DNA of 64,000 bases, from contig NW_019091358.1 in the NCBI RefSeq assembly GCF_001949145.1, forward strand, positions 4,000,238 through 4,064,237, read 5' to 3'. Shown here in pieces: positions 51,201 to 64,000 of this stretch; positions within the stretch are counted from its first letter, which is position 1; the number at the start of each line of letters is the position of its first letter. The notes beneath the pieces were generated by a model. That model made no database searches, was not told the origin of the DNA, and saw nothing but the letters and a program-made list of their open reading frames with translations. The position numbers and the translations under genes are program-made. The DNA is from Acanthaster planci. Taxonomy: Eukaryota.

Positions 51201-52273
51201 TGGGATCAGGTAAACCGATTGATTCTGACTTGTGTCAAAGGGCAATGAAAACTGTCAAACCAAAGGCTTCAATGTGTCGCATATCAGCTGGTATTTACCC
51301 TAGTTTCCAGGGTGTCATTTCTAGACATTTCACAGACTGCTTCAGGGGTAGGAGAATGAATTGATTAAAGAGTTCAATAAAGGTTCTTGAACTTTCTTTG
51401 GAAGGGGGATTTGAAGTTTCGGTCTGGTGGTTTTTCCATTATGCTAGAAGTGCACACTGCGAGCTCATTTCCTGGTTTACAAAGTACAGAGTAAAGTGCC
51501 CCAGGTATTAGATTGTACCTGCTACCTTGTACATGCTACCAATTCTCAATCCTCAGTCTTCATCAGACATGGACATTTTCCAATGTCTTGGCTTCATCTC
51601 CACATGATCTGGAGTTTATCTTGAGCTTGAATACAATCAGATTCAAACATTAATTGTTGGAACTACATCTATTTCACATTCTGGCCTCATAATTAACACC
51701 TGCAGAGCTGCCAATAGTTAGCAAGATTTGAGCTTGGAACAAACACAGCCAAAGCCCTGGAACCTTTTAAGACACGGTCTTTTGCCCCGCTCACACAAAG
51801 CGCATGCGACGACGCAAATGCCACTGCCATAAAAGTCAATCAAAGTGTTTGATTATTACCAGAAACAAGCCTTAACACTTACAGCCTGATAATGCTGTCA
51901 TTCTATGACCATTATGCATGTTTCCTTTTGCTTAACCACTTGTTGACAAGTGCCTTTGGAAATGCAGTGTCTAAAACCAGGTGATTTGCAATATCTTCGG
52001 TTTTAAAAAATCTTCAAAAATTCATGTCTTTTTTCCTGAATGCCTAAACCACATTGAGTGACTGTCTGGTGGCTACTCTAATCTGACAGACAAAATCTAC
52101 TGATGCCTGAGTATTTCAGCCAGGCCTGCTGCCTTGTAAAAAGAGCTCAGATTGTGTGGTGTTATACAAATTCCTTTTGTTCCCGAAACTGGCACAGTTT
52201 GGCCTTTTTTAATACCGGCCAAATTAGCATGCAGCGGTATTGTATCTTATCACTGGAGTGCTGGAGCACTTTT

Positions 52274-52365
52274 GTCAGTGGTCAAGTGGTTGAGACATCT
52301 GCACTAGTAAGCAGGAGGTCCTGGGTTCAAGTCCCACTCGAGTACGCTTGTGGTTTTTTTCACAA
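52274..52365 (+). mobile_element. tRNA-derived SINE head
   Basis: A-box-like tggtcaagtggt and B-box-like GGTTCAAGTCC; no complete cloverleaf acceptor stem. Confidence 0.55.
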
Positions 52366-55300
52366 GCTTTCGGGGGAAAACACTGAGTATATTTTGTGTT
52401 GTAATACACGTTGAGCAGGGCAAAAATCCAAAATTAACTGAGATCTCCCTGGCACAAATCCATCCTTGGAAAAACACTGACTGGTAATGATTTTTTCCTA
52501 CATGATTCTAAAACTTTGTGTGTCTGAAGATGCAATATGTCCTACCATTGGCTATTTGATAGCTGTATTTGATGATGTTTGTTTGACCAATCCTGTTTTC
52601 AGGTGAAACAAAGCTGTATTATCGTTGACAACCGACAAAACCAGGTGACGTGAAACGGGTTGATGTTGGGTTGGGATTTGTCTTTAGAGCCTACTGCCTA
52701 CTGGGAAAACTAGATTGCCTTCCTTTTCTTTTATCTGTTTCGCCAGTTTGGTTGTTTTGCTGTGTGTTTCAGTGATTTGGGGGGATAGTTTTTTGTCCAT
52801 GGTTATAGGCTAGCCTACTTCGTCAAAGTTGGTGTTCCATTCTGACATTTTTTTCACCGTGTACTGCTTACTTGTACTGATCAACTTCCTTGCTGGAGCT
52901 ACGCTTTCTGGTCGGGAAAGTCGAATCCATCCTTTGACGTCAAATTTCAGCCAAGATTTGTCTGCTGCCCTCATTGACCAATTTCGATAAAATTTTGCGC
53001 AGAACCTAGGCAGAGACTGAAAAAAGCACAGAAATCACCAAGTTTTGCTGATTCAATGACATTAAAGAGGGGTTAATCCAACTTATTGTTTATAAGACGG
53101 TTGAAAATATTTGTATAATGTCAATTTAACCCTAAATGGCCTATCTCCTTTAAAGTGCACTGAAGCTATTAAGCATGAAACCGATGTCCTACAAGTAAAA
53201 TGGTTTTGAGTGCCCATTTCCCGAAAACCAATGTCTGCCTATAACGACATAACCAATACATGAAGACCACCACTGTGTCTACTTTTCCTAATTGTCTTAT
53301 CTCAACTTGACATCCTTCATGAAAAATAAACCACGTTGTAGTGTTTACTTTTTGTGTATTTCTTTTTGAGGAGTTCCTTATTCAATGTTATCAGAGTAAT
53401 CCCGTGTGAGCCTTTTGTGTCATAAGCTTTGTAAGCAAAGTCAGCATTCAAAAACAACCACACGAGGATATGCCTACATGAATATATTTTCCCACGTCTT
53501 CAATCAAAACCTTAAAGAGTGAGTGCAGCCCTGGGCAAAGCCTGCATCATGTATACATGTTAACATATGTACATGCTAAAGTGTGGAGGCTCAACCACAA
53601 GGTCACAGGGAAGGGTTTACTTCATATAACTGTGAGAGTAGAGAAAGCTTCCAACATCATACGTCCAGATTTTCATTCTTTCCCTGACCATGTAAGAAAA
53701 TGTCCAACCTGGATTGGATTCCACTTATTTGAGTAAATTCAATGTACTTCCCCAGGGCCTGGTACTGTCAGTCCCTCACTGAAATCTACACTCTATTGGG
53801 ATGAAAACCATCTGCAATGCCAATGTGGAATATTTGTATCTGTACTTGACCAACACTTCTCATCACCTGACAACTTTGTCTTTGCAACACCCCGAAGACC
53901 ATCTGCAGAGCAATATTTGCTACAAGAAGTTGGGTACAGCAGCCAACAGGTTAAGTACCTGTACAATGTGTAGTTTACTTCTACAAACTTGCCAGACATT
54001 ATGCATGTGTACAAAACCCACTGACATCATGACTGTCATATACCAACTGAAGCCACCGGTTGCCATCTTACCGTGCTGGATACAAAAGTGATCTCTAGCT
54101 CACATTAGATTGTAACAATTATTGCCCTGAATGATACCTTGATGATGGCAAGCAAGGCTTTTGAATTACCTTCATTTTCAGCACAGTTAGATGGTCACTA
54201 GTGGCTTCCATGACATGTGTGGGTTGATGAAAGGACATTGGGAGCCAAAACTTTTTATGACATCCGTGACAGGTATCAACAATGCATGATATGTACTACA
54301 CTTCCCTGCTGCGGACTTTGAAAAGCCTGACAGTTAACCCATCATCCATTCCTGCAATTGTATGCTGTTTTTTACAAGTCCTCCATAAAACAGTGCATGG
54401 GAAATAAAAATCCTCAAGTATCTGCACTGATAAACCAACTTATTTGATAAACCATTTGGGTGCCAATGCACTATTCTCTGTGTTAATACTCAAGGGCGTG
54501 GCTCAGCTGTGCGGTTTGTGGCTACACAAACACTGCCCTCTTGTGGTCTCTTACTCCATCCAATTTTACAGTTAATGTCATTATAGAAAATGCATCAAGC
54601 ATTAACTTTCAGGACAGATCGGAAAGTATTTGCAAGCAAACGGTGGGATGCAATAGTCCTCACAAGACATCTGTATTTGAAAAGTTCTGTCCCACTAACG
54701 TAATCTAGAGAATGACAAGTTTTTCTCCAAAAGTACTTATCTGTGTCAAAATCAAGTAGAGCACTGATATACTAGACTAAAAGATTTGCAGTTTTCAAAT
54801 ACATGCAACTGATTTAAAAATCCAATTCTTGATATATCATTGCAAATTTCTTCATATGGCATGCAATGTATTCAGTTAATTCCAAACTTTTTGTTGTGAT
54901 TGTGTCATTGTGATGAGTATGTAGAAATTTGATCTTGTTTCATGATCAGACAAATCTAAATGCAGATTTACGATCAGCTCAAACAAGTGACTGGAGAAAA
55001 TGCCCAAACACTTATTTCACATTTACCGTTTAGTGTTTAAGCTCTCAACGATTTTCTGTAGCAGCCCTTTTCTTTCTTTTTCTTTGTTACAAAATAACCT
55101 ATTAAATAAGCAAAACCTTTTTAATTCCCTTGAACTTTTAGAAGACAGTTTCTGGGCCTCCCAAAATCTTTACAAGTTACCAAACCTAGATTGTGGTGGC
55201 TTTCGTGACAAGGAAGTGTTCTTGAATATTCCCACAGCATAGGAAGGGACTTCCCTTCTACATCCGCACAGCCTCACCAACATCCTGTGACCTGGCCCAA

Positions 55301-58300
55301 GTATGGCTCCTTAGGTAACCAGGCTAGCCTGGTCTGTTGGTAGAAAAATGACACACCCTTTTTTTTAAAAAATGTGGTGACCCAGGATACGGCTGGTGTC
55401 ATGTGCCGTTCGTATGTTTTATGAAATCTGGTATAATCCAATGTGGATTCTCACTGTCAAACTTCACCTTCCCCTTATTTGTATTTTGGTAAATCAGACA
55501 TGTGCAGCACACTCAAAGTATCTCTTTCTTCATGGGTCAATATCTAACATCACACCACACCCCACTGAAATTGGAATACCAAAACACACAAACAGTACAT
55601 CCATCAAAATCAGTATTTGTCTGTGCTTATCTGTAAGCTTACAATGCATATACACTGATGCATGTACGCCAAAGTTACACATACATGTAATTAGAGTCCA
55701 AGTTGGACGAAAGTACTAGGAAATAACTATTGCAGGAAAAGAGTGAATGCAAAACCAGTAACTTGATTCCTAAAGCTTTGCAAAAGGGAAATACCTGTAG
55801 GTTGGATTCAACAAAAAGAATGAAGCATCTGCCAGTTATACTCAGAAGGGGGAGGTATTAGCTCACAGTCTAGTTGCACTTTATCATAGTAAGGTAGGGT
55901 ACCTTTCTTTTTTTGTTTAATTATTCCCCCCCACTATGTTACAAATCCTCATAACGGCATTGCAATTAGAGCAAACTAACTTAGCAAAAAATGCCTACCA
56001 ACTTTTCCTACCGTTTCGAAACCAGGAAGGCCACATGTATTTGAATACTGTCCTAAATATTTCACTGAGCAATACAAGGTTGTTACTGTTTCCTGACTTA
56101 AATAGCATGCTACCGGTACTTTGTCACTGTGACAACTAGGACACATTTATCCCACTTTCAATGGTCCCCCTTAACACTTGTTATTCTCTTTTCCTTAAAT
56201 TCATTGATTTTTTTGCCCCTGGAACAGTAAACTTTACACAGCAAGTTCCTACAGAAAGAAAGTGAGGAAATGAGATTAGACATTTTCTTATGGACTTCTC
56301 GAGTAGTCATACAGTCATAACAAAAGTAATCAACTTCTCATATAATGTTGAATTTGTGAGGTAAATGTTTCACAATGACTTATGCTTAAAAACCAAATTT
56401 CTACTTAAAAAAAAAGAACTCTACAGGGGCAAAAGTGGTGAGGACAGGGGAAAACAATTCATCACGTATTACATTCATGAGCAAACTGAGTGTAACAAAA
56501 ATAATTATCATTTTGCCTCTGAGCTTGACAGAACCAACCTAAAAGCTACAGGGGAACAGGGCATGAAGGTGAACTGGCGACCACAGAGCCATTTGCCAGG
56601 CTATGGTTATCGAGGGTACCAAGAAAAACTGTCATGGACATGCTGGTATCACAGATAACTATTTCCTATTGAAACGTGACACACAAGTTTACATGTCATC
56701 AGTTATGTTTCATTGACAGTCCAAGCTCATCTCTGAAGTAGCATACAACCACAAGTGCCTTTTCAAAACTAGTTTGTGTAAACATGTGCCTGGCATAATC
56801 CCCAACATCTGGGTTTTCTGCATGCACATCACTGATATTGAATCATAACTGTTCCTTTTCAACTTCACACACTGTGATCTCCACTCGACGGGGTCACTTG
56901 TGCTTCTTGGAGTCCTCCATCTATGAGTAAATTAATGTGTTCAATAGTTCTACCTATCCATTTATGTGTTGGTGGCACAAACAGAAGATGTGAACTTGAA
57001 CTTGCTGTGTTCTTGGGTGTGGTCTAATAAATTTGCAACTTGCAAGTCACTGTTTGTGACTGGATAAATGGGGTCCTGGATGCAATATAAACTTTTGGCA
57101 TCCGCAAACGGCAAAGTAATCCTGATGACACTGCATATTGAATCTGTTATCAACCTGCAAGGTGATAACATTAGTATCTGACTTCCACTACCTTACAATG
57201 GCAATAAAAGAAAAGGGAAACTTGGCACATGAGAATTAATGACTGCAGCATTTGAAGGAACATGAGAGCTTGAAAACTATAGGAGAATATAGAAAAAATT
57301 GCTGACCTACTTGTTACTGTGACTACTACTACTCCTATTTTTTGTAAAGCGCCCTCCATAAAAATTATCTCAGAGCACTGTACTATATATACATTACAAA
57401 CCCTAACACCCAATAGGCCCTACTTAAAAATCATTACATATTACAAACTTCAAGGATCAATTAAATAAAATCACAGCTATTTCAGAATCAACATAAAACT
57501 TATTTCACTTATAACTAATCTTAAATAAATATGTTTTAAGAGAGGATAAGAAAACTACTGACAAGTCAAACTGAGGAACCTGTTACCATCCTAAGGTATA
57601 CAGCTGAGACCAAGGTTAAGCAGACCCTGTAAATGAGGTTGGGAAAGACATACCAACAGCCAAATGCAGATTGCAGAAGGCCATGTTCAAGTCACCTGGC
57701 TGCAGCCGGATGTAAACCCTGGTTTAATATAATCATTACAATCACTGGCAACACTGCCAAAGGGTCCCCAATGCTATGCCAAAACTTTACTTTCCCAGGC
57801 TAGGCAAAAGTCCGCTGGGAACAAACCAACAACAGGTACAGACTGCATGTCAGCTTGAGTGGTAACCACTAAGATAGTATTTTCAGCGTTTGGCAATTTG
57901 TTGGCTTCACCACTCCTGTATAATTGTTTTGGTGATCCGTGAACAAGTTAACTAACAGGTTCTGCAATTTAACCCTCAGCCAACCATTGGTTGGTCTGTT
58001 ACAACTACATTGCTAATACAAACGCCTGCATTGTACTCAAGTTACAAAGAATTCATCACTCTTTACAAATTCAAGTCACCAATCACCACATGTTTGCACT
58101 GTACACCTGTGCAGTTTTTATTACATATACATTCATTTCATCTTTTTTTTACAGGAAATATCCGAGAATCCAAAGTACTTTCACGTGAATATTCTTAAAC
58201 ACTGATCAGAATAATGGATTTCTCATCATGCCTCCGTATGAGATGTACACAAGTAAATGCCAGTAATTATTAAGATAGCTTGCCATTGCTGGAGCAAAAA

Positions 58301-58590
58301 ATCCTCATTAACAAGTATCAACAATCATTCAGTCGAACATCTTCAAGGAGAACGGACAGTAACAGATAGCTGCTTAACTCTGCTTTAAGGAAGACACCCA
58401 AGTATAAACTTGCCAGTTGGTCATTCTTTAGCCCTATTCTACAAAATATGCACATGTACACCCTAACATGTAAAATATACTTCAGTATATGCACCTACTA
58501 GTCAATAGCTTCTTGTAAAGAGTGGGGCAAGCACTGGAGGGTCTTATCTAAGAAGAAACGGAGCAGGTTCTCTGGCAAGCAATCAGTGTA

Positions 58591-58750
58591 CAGTAAAACC
58601 TCGTTAATAAGATCACTGTTTATAACAGGGAAATTTTAGGGTCCCAATTCTTTGATTTTCATTGCTTTTTATTTCTGCTAATACAAGGTTCCTGTTATGA
58701 CAAGGTAATTTTCCAAGTCTGAAGGACCTCTTATTAATGAGGTTCGACTG
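58591..58750. mobile_element. Tc1/mariner (pogo-like) MITE
   Basis: TA|CAGTAAAACCTCGTTAATAAGA ... TCTTATTAATGAGGTTCGACTG|TG terminal inverted repeats. Confidence 0.75.
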
Positions 58751-61700
58751 TGATTGTAATCCATGAACTTGCAAAATATATTTGAGCTGGGAGGGGTATG
58801 GCAGGATGTTGACCTTCAATTTGACAAAATAAAAACAGAAAAAAAATTGGAACCTGCTTGTGTAACATCTCTACATTCAAGTAACATTTATAAACCAGAT
58901 ACTCACATGGCTATGTACACGCACACATAAATACATGTATATTCTATTGCATTGAAGCATTACATTACAGCTAATTACGCACATGCATGATGCATGAGAT
59001 AAATCTAGCCAAAAAATGCAACTTCATTCAACAATTTGTCATTAACTTTACAACACTTGAAAGCAGGAAGCAGCAAGCTTAATTTTACAAAGACCTGCAT
59101 GGGTGCGATTAATCTGAAAAAAAAAAAGCTTTCAAGAATGAGTCTCGCTAAAACACAGCAATTTTTTTTTCTTTTGCTGGAGGCTAAAAGTCAACGCATC
59201 CATTGTGTGCCAAAAAGAAACAACCATATTTCCATTAAACTGGTTGTGGACTTTATAATAAAAGTTATCCTTTCAAGGAAATTTTCAGCAGATCAATAAC
59301 AATTTAATGTTACTCTGTGTTATATCATTTCTGCAAACATTTCATTGTACAGCCATTTAAACTATTTTATGACCCAAATCCTCTTCAACACTGAAATGAG
59401 AATAAATTTGTCTTCTTTACTGTCACCACTGACTGACTTACAAGCAGCCTGCCCAGCCAGTCCAAACCCAGCATAGATCTGCACAGAGTGTGGCTGAAGC
59501 TGTGCCTCTTGCATCGGGCTCAACAGTCACCTGAAGGCTCACACTGCGGCGCTAGGATCAAGAGAGATCTGTCGTCGTCAGACTCGATGGACAGCTTTAT
59601 AACCTAACCGACTGACACATGAATTAACGTCACTACTTGTTTTAGCACCAAATCAGACTGATTGCATGTACAATATATATTGGCCTTAAACGCATTCCCC
59701 CTTTTCTTTTTCAATTTAGCCTACTGGTATATATAATATAAAGGCTTATGTATTTCAATTCAAAGGACAAAAATTACAAAGTAGGAATCACGTTTATCTT
59801 TTCCCGTGAATCTAGTAGTCTTAAAGTTCAGCATCTTATTTGTATTAGATCATATGTGTATGTAAACTAGGATTTTTTACATATCAAATATAAAATAATA
59901 TCAATACTGTTTCAGTAATTGTTCTTCCTTAACCCTGTAAAGACACATTTATAGCTGCTTTCTTTCTCAACACCTTGTTCTACTTTTTGTACTCACACGA
60001 TAATAAGAGATCATGTGATGGATGGCAATACGGTTCATTCTGTTCCCACACGGATGCAGCTTTTGGACATGTCCACATACAACTACATGTATGACCAACA
60101 GAGGCTCAATTTCACGGCCTTGTTCTCCACACAATTCCATGCTCACGATCCCTGTTTATTCACAGCATTTGCAGAGAAATTCTACCCATAGGTACTTCAG
60201 AAAAGTACAGAAATCTCCCTTGCAGCATATTTGCACATAATACAAAACTCTGCATTAGTTCGTGGAATATATTCAATGTTTAGGGGAGATTTTTTGCCTA
60301 CGATAAGTTGAGCTGGAATCAAGTTGCAACTGTGAGATCTGCCACACTGTCACAAACCTAATTTTTCAACGGGAGGCAAAATGTACATGACATACTTGAC
60401 ATAAACTGAAGAGGTTTGTTGTAATGAGAGCACAGTAGTTTGTACTTCTTCAACTTAGTTTGTTATACATTACATCTTACTTCAAAATAATGCCTAAGGT
60501 TTCATTGCCAAGTCTTACATTGTAAGTTTTCATATCTTCCTCATCCATGTGTCAGCAGGAAAAAATTTGCACCCATTTTAATTTTTCAATTGAAAAAAAG
60601 CTTACCGACTGTGAAAACAAAGGATTTGTAACAATATATACACACTAATTTTATTAGCACACTTTTTGATGGATTAACGCCTTTTGAAGTCAGTAAACAA
60701 TGCAAGAAAGTGGATGTAATGTTCTATTCAAATTTTGAACTGACTAAGTAATGTGATCATTCTGTGCTCCCATCCGATTTAGGGGCAAAACAATTTTGAC
60801 AATTTTATAAAAAAAACAGAAGAGTTCCAAAAATACAGCAAGTGTGATCCTGTCCAGCAAGTATTACCAGTTTGTTGAAATACATCTATGCAGTGAGTTA
60901 CTGCTTCTTGTAATGCTCAAATGGACTCAAGTTGGTGTTCTATTGATACCATTAATGTCCCAATTGTGAATACAGCCAAGTAGTACGACCAAGTCTTGAA
61001 CAGCGGGCTAAAAGTTATGGCTCAGTTTGCCCTAAGCACAGAGTTCTCTGATCATTACAGCAGATTTCCATGCTGGTGGTTAAGCATATTTAACAGGTCA
61101 GTAAAGAATTAGTGTTTATGGACATGACCCCCCCATGTAATATTGCTTGAATTGAGTAAGCACACCGGGCGTTCAATCTGGGAGTGTGAAGTGAAACCCG
61201 GGTTTTAAGAAATGACCGTTTACTAGATGGCTTGATGCAAGGGCTGGAATTTCTACAGCCTGGTTCTTATGAGCTAAGTCCACTTCATGCTGTAACTGTT
61301 GAAGTGGGCTGGTACATAGACAAACATGACGGCCACCTCCAAAGACTTCCATGTACAGACTAGTCCGATCAGATGTCGTGACTGTGGTGGCCCCACATTC
61401 ACATGCATATCTTTAGCTTGACACACGTGTGCACTTAGCAAATGCCACCACAGTAATGGCTTCCAATTCTGGCTATCGAAAATTTTACACTATTTGGGTT
61501 TTCCAGGTCTTTTCCTGTTACACCATGTAACCGCCATGCCTGCTCAGTATGGCAATTTTGTTTGTCTAGGGTGATGGAGACATGGAGACAAACACATTGG
61601 CTTGTGTACACAGACAAGATAGTTCAGCCCTCCCCCCCACCTTCGTTTCCCAATGATACCATCCAGCATTACAGCATTGGGTCTACCGCTACACTACCAT

Positions 61701-64000
61701 CCTGTTGGCACTACAACATTATGGCTTTATTCTTAAAGAAGTCTACCACGTGTCCAGAAAACCGACGGAGGAATTTCGGATACTCTCGTTTGTAGACAGC
61801 GCGAATGACAGAGCTCGGAACCCAACCTCCAGGATTTGCTGTGAATGCAATACAAGTGATGTGATTAGTATTATTTCAACAGAATTTACAGACTATTTGA
61901 CTTTACCACTTCAGTCCTGCTAAGGTGCAAAGATGTGTTTATAAAGTTAGAGGCTTGACATATGAAGCACACAGTCTTCAATTAAGATTACCCCCTCCAA
62001 AAAGGAGCGGGAGGTCATATACAACGAATGGTGTGCAGTAACTAAGTTGTTTCAAACACGTACCTCCATGTAGAACATGTGATTAAGGGATGAAACATTT
62101 GGGGAATCCACATACATAGAATGAAAACAAAATTTGACAAATTAAAAATCCAATGCTGCAGCATGTCAGTTTCTGACAGCAAACAACGGCTGATTTGAGG
62201 CACAATTGGGCTTATGTGAGCAGGCGGCACGATCTTGAGTTCTAGAACCAGAAGTGTTTGAATCTTGTTGGGAGAAGTAAGTGTTGGAAGAAGTAAATGT
62301 TGTACTAACAACCATGACCAATAATGTGAAAGGTTGGTTCATATTTTGATGTTTTGGAGTTTACATATAATTCGATTTGCCTCTAAATCCAATCTCTCCC
62401 TCTTCACAATTTGAACCATCGTCATATTTTTAATGGACAAATGTTTGTTGACCTTTGTTTCACCACACCTTCCTGAACACCTCAAGTATTTGAACAAGCA
62501 TTAAAGTCAAGGATTTGAACACTTGAGAGCTGGAAATAAGGGAATAGGATATGATGTTATCTATTCTCTCATTGAAAAAAAAATTGAAATATATATAAAT
62601 TAATGCAAGATGGGAAACAAAAATGAAAACAAGTAAGAAAAATGATAGTAATGACAGGAAAAGGGAAAGTGGAACAGGAAAGGTAACAGATATGAAAGCT
62701 GTCAATTGATGTTTGATGACAATTTTTATCAGTACTGATTTTCCTCCAACCAATAAACATACCTTACACTTGTCTGTGTAGGTAATACTTGAAATGTGGC
62801 ATAAAAATAGAACAAAACAAAACAAAAAGGTAATTTGAATCCTCAAGGTTGTAAGACTTAAAAAGGAACCTAACAACAACACCAGAAACAACACTTGTTA
62901 ATCAGTCCAAATATACTGCAGGGACTTATATGCCATGAGTAATTTCTTTTTGATAATGCGACAGGGTACAAGACTGCATGGACCAGGAAATAAAAAGGGG
63001 TGGACGTGCACAATTGAGGCTGGTCTTGGTACAGATGTTGACTTGTATTTTAGCACCACGGGAAAAAAGGAATACGGTTTATTTTTCCCTGTTCATGTCA
63101 AAAGTCCAGTGAGCAATGCAACCACAGATGTCAATTCACGCATGCCGACCTTGCAGACCTGATAGTGGCATTTCTAAAGGAACAAACTACTTGCTAATCC
63201 CTGACTGATCAGGGGCTTTTCAAACCACAAAAGGTTGTTTTTGTCCCTGGCGGTTCTCAACATATTTCAATTCTCACGTCATGCATGTACGCACAAGAAG
63301 ATGCTCGATGAAGCTGAAATTTTGGGGGCCTGGGTAACCAAACCGACATATCTGCTTTTGTGTCCTTTTTTCAGGGAAAAGGAACCACGGGCTCATTGCT
63401 TGTGCCTCAGCATAACTGTGTTTGAATTAGGAAAACAGCATGGGAAGATAATCCTGGTACTGAAAGTTAGGATCCAATTGTTGTTCACTTGTTAATTAAG
63501 GAACACAATTTACAGGTGAAAATACTTTTTTCGTTTTGAAATCAGAAATAGATCTAAGTAGATGTAATTGATTTAGATTTTGATATAACACCCCCCCCCA
63601 AAAAAAACACCCTAAAATTAAAAATGCAATTTTAGTTTACCAATCTTTATTCATGTTCCAGGACAAAATTATGAAAAAAAGACAACAAATTACAGATTTT
63701 AGATTTTTTACTGGTTAGTTCAAGACAGGTTAGTCAATTCAGTGGCAGACCACCATTTTATGGACTTCCTGTCAGTTTGTCTGTGCTTCTTTTCTACAGG
63801 TCAAAGGGCACCACATTACACAAGGCATTTCATTCCTAATGCCCTCGCACATACAGACACACACAAAATAAGCGACATAAAATAAGCTCAGACAATGCTC
63901 AGGTCATCTCAAACAATGATTCTAAGGTCAGTCACAATGGCCTTTAGGTCATGCATCCTGACTGCTTAGAGGACAAATAATGAACAAGGTTTCTCACGGT

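Noticed and set aside
52274..52345. Possible tRNA gene
   Set aside because: A and B boxes are present but there is no convincing acceptor stem; better explained as a SINE head.
59440..59600. Possible hammerhead ribozyme (CTGACGA on the minus strand)
   Set aside because: No correctly placed GAAA core or flanking stems.
62460..62894. 144-aa hydrophobic minus-strand ORF
   Set aside because: Low-complexity translation of T-rich intron-like sequence; no family motif.

Overview
Eukaryotic, AT-rich, intron-rich genomic DNA from an invertebrate animal (taxon not determinable; probably a marine bilaterian), with one 536-N assembly gap. The window holds a head-to-head dual oxidase locus. (1) The 5' part of a DUOX gene on the minus strand: 21 coding exons that I spliced by hand into one open frame of about 1061 codons from ATG 22255 to 200, covering a signal peptide, an unusual Thr/Ser/Pro-rich mucin-like extension, the peroxidase-homology domain, TM1 and two EF-hands. 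The NADPH-oxidase core lies off the left edge. (2) A complete DUOX maturation factor gene (DUOXA) on the plus strand from ATG 27201, with 7 core exons and a 3' end able to produce three different C-terminal tails, including a last exon open in two reading frames. The 4.9 kb between the start codons looks CpG-rich and carries candidate 5'UTR exons and a perfect NF-kB-type palindrome. The remainder contains MITEs, SINE fragments and other repeats; no recognisable coding gene was found from about 41 kb to 64 kb. All exon boundaries are manual GT-AG and phase inferences without transcript data.
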